A stretch of DNA of 63,677 bases, the filler included, from Welwitschia mirabilis (lineage: Eukaryota): NCBI GenBank assembly GCA_051453625.1. It is 7 parts of one record of this genome, joined end to end, with 100 filler letters (N's around TTAATTAATTAA, not from the genome) between each part and the next. Parts side by side here need not be neighbours in the genome. Positions count along the whole stretch, not along the records: positions 52,686 to 59,999 come from JBOZIK010000001.1; positions 60,100 to 63,677 come from JBOZIK010000001.1; 5 more parts are not named here. One strand, 5' to 3'. Every line of letters begins with the position of its first letter. Position 1 is the first letter of the stretch. The notes below the pieces were generated by a model. The model worked only from the letters and a program-made list of their open reading frames with translations, did not search any database and was not told the DNA's origin. Position numbers and translations under genes: made by a program. Shown here one piece after another: positions 53,770 to 63,677 of the stretch.

Positions 53770-56688
53770 AGGCCATGTTCTTTCATGTTACATCTCAAAA
53801 TAAGGCCTAGATGATGTCCTACTGTAAGCACACTAGGCAAATATTCCTAAGAGGGACCTTTCGTAGTGTGATGTGANNNNNNNNNNNNNNNNNNNNNNNN
53901 NNNNNNNNNNNNNNNNNNNNNNNNNNNNNNNNNNNNNNNNNNNNNNNNNNNNNNNNNNNNNNNNNNNNNNNNNNNNNNNNNNNNNNNNNNNNNNNNNNNN
54001 NNNNNNNNNNNNNNNNNNNNNNNNNNNNNNNNNNNNNNNNNNNNNNNNNNNNNNNNNNNNNNNNNNNNNNNNNNNNNNNNNNNNNNNNNNNNNNNNNNNN
54101 NNNNNNNNNNNNNNNNNNNNNNNNNNNNNNNNNNNNNNNNNNNNNNNNNNNNNNNNNNNNNNNNNNNNNNNNNNNNNNNNNNNNNNNNNNNNNNNNNNNN
54201 NNNNNNNNNNNNNNNNNNNNNNNNNNNNNNNNNNNNNNNNNNNNNNNNNNNNNNNNNNNNNNNNNNNNNNNNNNNNNNNNNNNNNNNNNNNNNNNNNNNN
54301 NNNNNNNNNNNNNNNNNNNNNNNNNNNNNNNNNNNNNNNNNNNNNNNNNNNNNNNNNNNNNNNNNNNNNNNNNNNNNNNNNNCTCAAAATAAGGCCTAGA
54401 TGATGTCCTACTGTAAGCACACTAGGCAAATAGTCCTAAGAGGGACCTTTCGTAGTGTGATGTGATAGCTATGGGAACTCTATTAGGGGTTCAGTTGGTT
54501 ATGTTGTGTGGGTCCTTACTGCTTTGATAGTGGTTGCACTCCCATCATCATGGTAAGAATAAAAATGCAGTTTAAGGCTATGAGATTAGTAGTATCTCTG
54601 GTATCATCAGAGGCATTGCTTATTTTCTAGANNNNNNNNNNNNNNNNNNNNNNNNNNNNNNNNNNNNNNNNNNNNNNNNNNNNNNNNNNNNNNNNNNNNN
54701 NNNNNNNNNNNNNNNNNNNNNNNNNNNNNNNNNNNNNNNNNNNNNNNNNNNNNNNNNNNNNNNNNNNNNNNNNNNNNNNNNNNNNNNNNNNNNNNNNNNN
54801 NNNNNNNNNNNNNNNNNNNNNNNNNNNNNNNNNNNNNNNNNNNNNNNNNNNNNNNNNNNNNNNNNNNNNNNNNNNNNNNNNNNNNNNNNNNNNNNNNNNN
54901 NNNNNNNNNNNNNNNNNNNNNNNNNNNNNNNNNNNNNNNNNNNNNNNNNNNNNNNNNNNNNNNNNNNNNNNNNNNNNNNNNNNNNNNNNNNNNNNNNNNN
55001 NNNNNNNNNNNNNNNNNNNNNNNNNNNNNNNNNNNNNNNNNNNNNNNNNNNNNNNNNNNNNNNNNNNNNNNNNNNNNNNNNNNNNNNNNNNNNNNNNNNN
55101 NNNNNNNNNNNNNNNNNNNNNNNNNNNNNNNNNNNNNNNNNNNNNNNNNNNNNNNNNNNNNNNNNNNNNNNNNNNNNNNNNNNNNNNNNNNNNNNNNNNN
55201 NNNNNNNNNNNNNNNNNNNNNNNNNNNNNNNNNNNNNNNNNNNNNNNNNNNNNNNNNNNNNNNNNNNNNNNNNNNNNNNNNNNNNNNNNNNNNNNNNNNN
55301 NNNNNNNNNNNNNNNNNNNNNNNNNNNNNNNNNNNNNNNNNNNNNNNNNNNNNNNNNNNNNNNNNNNNNNNNNNNNNNNNNNNNNNNNNNNNNNNNNNNN
55401 NNNNNNNNNNNNNNNNNNNNNNNNNNNNNNNNNNNNNNNNNNNNNNNNNNNNNNNNNNNNNNNNNNNNNNNNNNNNNNNNNNNNNNATACATTATTATTT
55501 TTTTGAACTATCATTATTACATTTTATAACTTATTTATGTGTATGACATTTATTTGATTTATTATGATGTGTTTAAGCGGGGGACATATAACTATAATAG
55601 TAATTGTACCAATGATTTTTTTTGATCTATTCCTGCATGATAAATAGAACTTAAATTCCATTACTTTAGTTGATGATTATCTTAGTCAAGTTGTCTTGTA
55701 ATATAGTTGATCACCTATTTTGTCAAGGGCTGACAAGGCTAAGCAAAGGACTATGTTGTAATGCCAATTTGTAAAANNNNNNNNNNNNNNNNNNNNNNNN
55801 NNNNNNNNNNNNNNNNNNNNNNNNNNNNNNNNNTATGCTAATTATAGAGAGATGATAGTATGATCATAGAAGCACATAATTCTTAGCATATTTAGAGGTA
55901 TTTTAGGCATGTTCTAATACTTAGCATATTAAAGGAAGATTAATCACAAAGAAGGCTGATTTACTCTACTTGAGGAGCTTGGGAAAGTTATCGTCCCTAC
56001 TATCATACCAATAGTTAAGACAATAGAACTCTTACTTATCAAGATAGAAGCATGTGCAACACTTGCTAGACTGGAATGGAACATGAGGTGTCATTGCTCA
56101 TGTCATCCAGATGATAGATAGGATGACCATCCTAACATAAGAAAAAGATGCAGGGCTAACAGTGGGGCATGAAGACATGTGACACATGGTGATGTCCTCT
56201 GTTTCATCCCGATGACAGATGGGATGACAGATATTTTTATATGTTTTGAAATAAATATCTTTATAATAGGGTCAAGTGAATCATGTAGGCTATTAGGGTT
56301 TTTTTTTTTTTGACTTTTAGGATTTTGTTTATATAAGCTCAATTCAAAGCTATAAATACCCCTTTCCTTCTTCTCTTTCAAATCATCATTTATACTTAAT
56401 ATCTTGTGATGGAAGCTTGAAAGATAAGAGATCCATTTATAGTTGTAGAAAGGGGTTTTTTGGGTGTTAGGTTAAGTCTCTTCCATTGAGGTATTGTTAT
56501 TCAATTATAAGTAAATATCAAGTTCTTTCCATTAATAGAAATACTCTTTTCATTTTAATTCTATGAATGTCCCTTATGGTTTAAGTTGGTCATAGTTAAG
56601 TGATACTTCTATGGTTTATTTCAATCATATGGTTAACCTTTATTAAGGTTGATCTTTGTTAGTACTAGATTTTCATTGCATTTCCATT
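53770..56688 (+). mobile_element. Athila-like Gypsy 3' internal region, PPT and 3' LTR (family A, LTR from 55754)
   Basis: tttgtcaagggctgacaaggctaagcaaaggacta|TGTTGTAATGCC matches the reverse complement of 19610-19660. Internal match to 21160-21215. Confidence 0.72.
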
Positions 56689-59600
56689 NNNNNNNNNNNN
56701 NNNNNNNNNNNNNNNNNNNNNNNNNNNNNNNNNNNNNNNNNNNNNNNNNNNNNNNNNNNNNNNNNNNNNNNNNNNNNNNNNNNNNNNNNNNNNNNNNNNN
56801 NNNNNNNNNNNNNNNNNNNNNNNNNNNNNNNNNNNNNNNNNNNNNNNNNNNNNNNNNNNNNNNNNNNNNNNNNNNNNNNNNNNNNNNNNNNNNNNNNNNN
56901 NNNNNNNNNNNNNNNNNNNNNNNNNNNNNNNNNNNNNNNNNNNNNNNNNNNNNNNNNNNNNNNNNNNNNNNNNNNNNNNNNNNNNNNNNNNNNNNNNNNN
57001 NNNNNNNNNNNNNNNNNNNNNNNNNNNNNNNNNNNNNNNNNNNNNNNNNNNNNNNNNNNNNNNNNNTCTATCGAAGTGGATCTAAGAACATGCTTTAACA
57101 TGCCTTTATAATATATTTTTAACTCTTCTTTTCTAAGTATGGTTCAAATCACCATTAATTATAAAAGGCATATTATATTTAACATCAAAGTATTTTACTA
57201 TTAAATTTTCAATTAATTCCTACTCTGTTACTCTTAAAATGTCTTTATCATATTTTCTTCATGAATCTCCATCTCTAATACATTTTGAATTTTAATCTTT
57301 ATGTTATTTAAGCCATTTACTTTCTTTTTTTTTAAATTTTCACTTATTTTGAAATTTNNNNNNNNNNNNNNNNNNNNNNNNNNNNNNNNNNNNNNNNNNN
57401 NNNNNNNNNNNNNNNNNNNNNNNNNNNNNNNNNNNNNNNNNNNNNNNNNNNNNNNNNNNNNNNNNNNNNNNNNNNNNNNNNNNNNNNNNNNNNNNNNNNN
57501 NNNNNNNNNNNNNNNNNNNNNNNNNNNNNNNNNNNNNNNNNNNNNNNNNNNNNNNNNNNNNNNNNNNNNNNNNNNNNNNNNNNNNNNNNNNNNNNNNNNN
57601 NNNNNNNNNNNNNNNNNNNNNNNNNNNNNNNNNNNNNNNNNNNNNNNNNNNNNNNNNNNNNNNNNNNNNNNNNNNNNNNNNNNNNNNNNNNNNNNNNNNN
57701 NNNNNNNNNNNNNNNNNNNNNNNNNNNNNNNNNNNNNNNNNNNNNNNNNNNNNNNNNNNNNNNNNNNNNNNNNNNNNNNNNNNNNNNNNNNNNNNNNNNN
57801 NNNNNNNNNNNNNNNNNNNNNNNNNNNNNNNNNNNNNNNNNNNNNNNNNNNNNNNNNNNNNNNNNNNNNNNNNNNNNNNNNNNNNNNNNNNNNNNNNNNN
57901 NNNNNNNNNNNNNNNNNNNNNNNNNNNNNNNNNNNNNNNNNNNNNNNNNNNNNNNNNNNNNNNNNNNNNNNNNNNNNNNNNNNNNNNNNNNNNNNNNNNN
58001 NNNNNNNNNNNNNNNNNNNNNNNNNNNNNNNNNNNNNNNNNNNNNNNNNNNNNNNNNNNNNNNNNNNNNNNNNNNNNNNNNNNNNNNNNNNNNNNNNNNN
58101 NNNNNNNNNNNNNNNNNNNNNNNNNNNNNNNNNNNNNNNNNNNNNNNNNNNNNNNNNNNNNNNNNNNNNNNNNNNNNNNNNNNNNNNNNNNNNNNNNNNN
58201 NNNNNNNNNNNNNNNNNNNNNNNNNNNNNNNTTTTCCTTTTTTTTGACAGACCTCTTTAATAACTTTAAATTAATTATAAAATTACCTTAGTAATTACAC
58301 AAATGGTAAGGTAACAATCAAATCCATATATTTTTCTGTAAACATAGATCTATATTTGATCAATCTTTTATTTCTATTATTATCATATTCTTAGTTGCTT
58401 CTCATATTATATAAGTGTTTTACTATATTATTGTTCCTTAATTTAATCATAAATCTTTCATATTCTTATAAAGTTTCTTTTAGGTCTTTATTTTTCCATA
58501 GTGGATCCTGAACATGCATTTTCAACATATTTTTAAGTCTCCTTATCTAAGTACAGGTTAAATCACTAATGATTATCATAGGCTTATTATATTTAACATC
58601 AAAGNNNNNNNNNNNNNNNNNNNNNNNNNNATTATCTTCATAATTCTCTATCTCTAATACATTTTGGATTTTAACCTCTATGGTATTTAAGTTATCTACT
58701 TCACTTTTTCTAAACTTTTATTTTATTTAGAAACTATTATATCCTTTTTTAGTTGTAAATTCTAAAATTCATATTCTAGGATATGAAGAAATATTAGCTA
58801 TAATAATTTTAAAGCCTTCGTAATATCATATGGTACTACACACACAAATACATTTATATATACATTAAGATCACTACATTCATATATATATGAACCATTA
58901 TAAATTCATGAAAGTATCTATCATAATGCCTTCTATATTTATAATAGATGTACCTACTGGTATTATATTCATCTAATTTTAGTGTTTCTAATTCTTCATA
59001 ATATTTACATAATATAACATTTATGCTTACCCTAATTAAGGTTATAAAATTAGTCAGTGTTGCTAATTTTAAGGTTTTCTTNNNNNNNNNNNNNNNNNNN
59101 NNNNNNNNNNNNNNNNNNNNNNNNNNNNNNNNNNNNNNNNNNNNNNNNNNNNNNNNNNNNNNNNNNNNNNNNNNNNNNNNNNNNNNNNNNNNNNNNNNNN
59201 NNNNNNNNNNNNNNNNNNNNNNNNNNNNNNNNNNNNNNNNNNNNNNNNNNNNNNNNNNNNNNNNNNNNNNNNNNNNNNNNNNNNNNNNNNNNNNNNNNNN
59301 NNNNNNNNNNNNNNNNNNNNNNNNNNNNNNNNNNNNNNNNNNNNNNNNNNNNNNNNNNNNNNNNNNNNNNNNNNNNNNNNNNNNNNNNNNNNNNNNNNNN
59401 NNNNNNNNNNNNNNNNNNNNNNNNNNNNNNNNNNNNNNNNNNNNNNNNNNNNNNNNNNNNNNNNNNNNNNNNNNNNNNNNNNNNNNNNNNNNTAGTAGGT
59501 TTTTGAGATCCAAATTCTATTAGAGAAACCTATAAATTCTTTGAATTAGATTTAGGTTGAGTTTCTAATCCATTTTTATCATTCTCATTTTTATTTTCAT

Positions 59601-60099
59601 TACTATATCTTTTACTCATGTCTCTAATGTTTTGAGTATTTATTTAATTATTATTGCTTTTTATTTGCTACAAAGTTTCACAAAGCATATTTATTGGATT
59701 TTTCTCAAACTTATCTATTAATAAGGATTAGGTGCTGACTTATTTGCAAATTTGAATTTTCATTTTTTTTTCACAAAGAAATCTTACTCATTTACATCTA
59801 ACCACTCTGCATAACCATTGTACCATGGAAAGTTAATATATACATGATTATCTTTGTGAAAGTTCATAGAATTCAAATTCCTTATCTTTAGTAATACATT
59901 TCATTTTTAACCTATGTCATTAACACTCTTTCCAACCTATTTTATTTTATTTTATATTTGATTATTAGTTTTATTTTCAATTTGATGAATACTTTTCTCN
60001 NNNNNNNNNNNNNNNNNNNNNNNNNNNNNNNNNNNNNNNNNNNTTAATTAATTAANNNNNNNNNNNNNNNNNNNNNNNNNNNNNNNNNNNNNNNNNNNN

Positions 60100-62095
60100 A
60101 AATTTTTTTATCATTCATTACCAACATAGGGGGATATAATATGATTGATATTTATGGCTATTTATCTAAATTTTATACTTATTTGCCATTGATGTCAAAG
60201 GGTGAGAGATAATGATAGTGTACTTTCAAAAGTTTTTCTTAAGATATTGAGTTATTAAGATTTCAAATGTTTATTTTTTTGGTGAAAGAAAGAGAAATGA
60301 TTGTATTTTACTCTTTGGTTGAATAAATATTTGCCTTAGTGTAAGGGGAAGTTTTGATTTTTAAATTTGTGCTTAAAAGTACTTGAGTAAATGAGCTTAA
60401 ATTATTTAAAATTTTGAAATCACTAAATTGTTTACCATTAATGTTAAAAGGGAANNNNNNNNNNNNNNNNNNNNNNNNNNNNNNNNNNNNNNNNNNNNNN
60501 NNNNNNNNNNNNNNNNNNNNNNNNNNNNNNNNNNNNNNNNNNNNNNNNNNNNNNNNNNNNNNNNNNNNNNNNNNNNNNNNNNNNNNNNNNNNNNNNNNNN
60601 NNNNNNNNNNNNNNNNNNNNNNNNNNNNNNNNNNNNNNNNNNNNNNNNNNNNNNNNNNNNNNNNNNNNNNNNNNNNNNNNNNNNNNNNNNNNNNNNNNNN
60701 NNNNNNNNNNNNNNNNNNNNNNNNNNNNNNNNNNNNNNNNNNNNNNNNNNNNNNNNNNNNNNNNNNNNNNNNNNNNNNNNNNNNNNNNNNNNNNNNNNNN
60801 NNNNNNNNNNNNNNNNNNNNNNNNNNNNNNNNNNNNNNNNNNNNNNNNNNNNNNNNNNNNNNNNNNNNNNNNNNNNNNNNNNNNNNNNNNNNNNNNNNNN
60901 NNNNNNNNNNNNNNNNNNNNNNNNNNNNNNNNNNNNNNNNNNNNNNNNNNNNNNNNNNNNNNNNNNNNNNNNNNNNNNNNNNNNNNNNNNNNNNNNNNNN
61001 NNNNNNNNNNTTATAATAAACCCTAGTAATGCTCCATTATAAATATCTAGGTAATAGTTGACCTAGAAATCTTTTAGTACTATTCTAAATTGACATATTC
61101 ATTGTGGATCTGAAAGATCAAGTTGTATTTTCATTGGTATATTCTTGATCTGTTTCGTATCTGATTAAGGATATCTATCCTTGGCAAAAAGAACTACACT
61201 TAGAATCAGGTCTAAGAGTCTTTTCATTGTGATCTATTTGGAGAAGAGCTCCATTCATTATACTGATATTGAATGTGTGATATCTGAGCTACCAAGGCTA
61301 CATTACGTCACTCTATTGATTTCAAAGGTTAAGACTTACATGCAAAAGTTTGTTGTTAAAGGTTGAGACTTACCCTACTGTTGCNNNNNNNNNNNNNNNN
61401 NNNNNNNNNNNNNNNNNNNNNNNNNNNNNNNNNNNNNNNNNNNNNNNNNNNNNNNNNNNNNNNNNNNNNNNNNNNNNNNNNNNNAGTGGGATCTTCTTGG
61501 TCTTTTTCATATCTGATTAAGCATATCTATCCTTGGCAAAAAGAACTACACTCAGAATCAGGTCTAAGAGCCTTATCATTGTGATCTATTTGGAAAAGAG
61601 CTCCATTCATTATACTGATATTGAATGTGTGATATCTGAGCTACCAAGGCTACATTATGTCACTCTATTGATTTCAAAGGTTAAGACTTACTTGCAAAAG
61701 TTTGTTATTAAAGGTTGAGACTTAGCCTACAAAAGTCCGTTGTTAAAGGTTAAGACTTATCCTATAAAAGTCCACTTGTAAGGATTATAGGTAAACCTAG
61801 AAAAACCTGTGGAGTAACAGAGATCTGAGATCAAGTTTGGGAGAAGCTGATCATCGAGAGTGGAGTAGGGAACTTCTTGAACCACTATAAATCCTACGTG
61901 CATCCAAAATTGGTAGTTTATGATTTTCTATCTTTTGATTCTTTACATTCAATTTTTTATTTCTTATATGCACATCCTTGATTTCGTTATTTTTACATGC
62001 AAATAATAATTAGATAACTTTAATTTGTTTTTGAACTTAAGTTTTATTTTTGAAAGAACCTATTCACCCCCTCTCTAGGGTTCTCAATACTATCA
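60100..62095 (+). mobile_element. Sirevirus-like Copia 3' end: multiple PPT-like boxes and 3' LTR
   Basis: ccaacataggggga (60121), gatgtcaaagggtgagag (60191), gtaagggga (60341). LTR ends CCTATTCACCCCCTCTCTAGGG..TATCA (62095) with no PBS after it. Confidence 0.7.
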
Positions 62096-62660
62096 GAATC
62101 CATTTTTTATAAATACTAATGTTTAGGTAAAAATTTATTTAGGTTAATGCTTGTACCCTCATCCGAAAGGTAGTAGAGCTTGACATCTTAGCCAACTTAT
62201 ATCTAAGCTAGTGGTCACCCACCACTGATTAATAATAGTTATAAGTTTAATATCCATTAAGTATCTTATGGAATCAATTTCATTACTCATAATTTCTTTA
62301 ATTTAAAATACCATAATTGAAATGTCTTACTCTTTTTTTTTAAACATGCCATCTAAACATATAATCTTTTGTAGAAAACAAATGCATATAAATTTAGATA
62401 AATATGCTTTTTAAACATATAATCCTTTGTAAAAATATCTTACTCATTATTTGTATTCCTTTTTTTAAAAATGCTATAAAGTCAACATTGACTTTAGGTA
62501 AAGATAAATTTGAATTTATTTTAGTGAAGGTAAAAATAATGTAGGCATGTAGTAAAGATGAATTAGTAATGTTTCACTAATAGAAATAATTTATTTTGTA
62601 TCACTCAATACAAATGTTCACTATACATGAACTAATGAATTATTACAATGACAATGAATT

Positions 62661-63677
62661 CTATACTTTTAGGCTTACTAAACGTTGCTCCTCCTTCANN
62701 NNNNNNNNNNNNNNNNNNNNNNNNNNNNNNNNNNNNNNNNNNNNNNNNNNNNNNNNNNNNNNNNNNNNNNNNNNNNNNNNNNNNNNNNNNNNNNNNNNNN
62801 NNNNNNNNNNNNNNNNNNNNNNNNNNNNNNNNNNNNNNNNNNNNNNNNNNNNNNNNNNNNNNNNNNNNNNNNNNNNNNNNNNNNNNNNNNNNNNNNNNNN
62901 NNNNNNNNNNNNNNNNNNNNNNNNNNNNNNNNNNNNNNNNNNNNNNNNNNNNNNNNNNNNNNNNNNNNNNNNNNNNNNNNNNNNNNNNNNNNNNNNNNNN
63001 NNNNNNNNNNNNNNNNNNNNNNNNNNNNNNNNNNNNNNNNNNNNNNNNNNNNNNNNNNNNNNNNNNNNNNNNNNNNNNNNNNNNNNNNNNNNNNNNNNNN
63101 NNNNNNNNNNNNNNNNNNNNNNNNNNNNNNNNNNNNNNNNNNNNNNNNNNNNNNNNNNNNNNNNNNNNNNNNNNNNNNNNNNNNNNNNNNNNNNNNNNNN
63201 NNNNNNNNNNNNNNNNNNNNNNNNNNNNNNNNNNNNNNNNNNNNNNNNNNNNNNNNNNNNNNNNNNNNNNNNNNNNNNNNCTCAAGAAAGAGTCATAAAA
63301 GTTAGTCCTAACATTTTCTTGGGACCAATGTCTATACATGCTTTACCGAGTGTTAACCCTTGAGATTTATGAATTGTTAATTCCCATGTAATTTTGAGAG
63401 GTAGCTTCTTTATTCAATCTCTAGAGAATAGTATGATGGAAATTGTATTTGGACTTCATTCATTAAAAGGAGCTCCAGTATAGGTATTAAAGTCAACCAT
63501 AACATAGGTTAAAAGATCAAGTGGATTCTTTATTAGATGATAAACTATTAATTTAATAATATCCATAGACCCATTTACTAATCCAAATTTAGGCTATATG
63601 TTCATAGTAAACATGACCCTAGCTCCATGACAAAGAAGAAGCCCCATTTCTAATTCATCATGACCATCATCATATCT
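62661..63677 (-). pseudogene. Pif1-family (SF1B) DNA helicase C-terminal half, degenerate; probably from a Helitron-like rolling-circle transposon
   Basis: 63677-63282 in one frame reads LLLCHGARVMFTMNI*PKFGLVNGSMDII..YVMVDFNTYTG..KLPLKITWELTIHKSQGLTLGKACIDIGPKKMLGLTFMTLS* (Pif1 2B signature GLVNG, motif V TIHKSQG, motif VI remnant). After the gap, KEEQRLVSLKV* ends at 62661; linking this tail is inference. Confidence 0.88.

Noticed and set aside
22959..60055. Recurrent palindrome TTAATTAATTAA as a regulatory or CRISPR-like repeat
   Set aside because: It is always centred between 44-N runs, so it is an assembly linker.
61150..61730. ~220-bp near-identical repeat giving twin 61-aa ORFs (61181-61366, 61533-61718)
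   Set aside because: It lies inside a Sirevirus-like LTR and straddles a 100-N gap, so it is a haplotype/overlap artefact or an LTR-internal duplication, not a gene pair.
15897..63363. Numerous long ORFs in the track that consist mostly of X
   Set aside because: They are open only because they run through N gaps; there is no coding evidence.

Overview
AT-rich, gap-riddled eukaryotic sequence, almost certainly land-plant heterochromatin. It is a stack of decayed retroelements: Sirevirus-type and other Copia, a near-complete CRM-type Gypsy element with 300-bp LTRs at 8789-13765, several Athila-like Gypsy remnants and LTRs, and two L1-type LINE fragments. I found no intact protein-coding gene. 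Two non-retroelement coding relics stand out. One is an intronless Mx-like dynamin (DRP4-type) GTPase-domain pseudogene at 7788-8779 (+), ending 9 bp before the CRM element. The other is a Pif1-family helicase C-terminal relic at 62661-63677 (-), which the ORF track misses; its motifs resemble cellular or Helentron/Helitron2-type Pif1 more than canonical plant Helitrons. Six artificial N44-TTAATTAATTAA-N44 linkers and many gaps with duplicated flanks mean neighbouring blocks may not be truly adjacent. I see no convincing intact novel system. All family calls come from manual motif recognition, not database searches.
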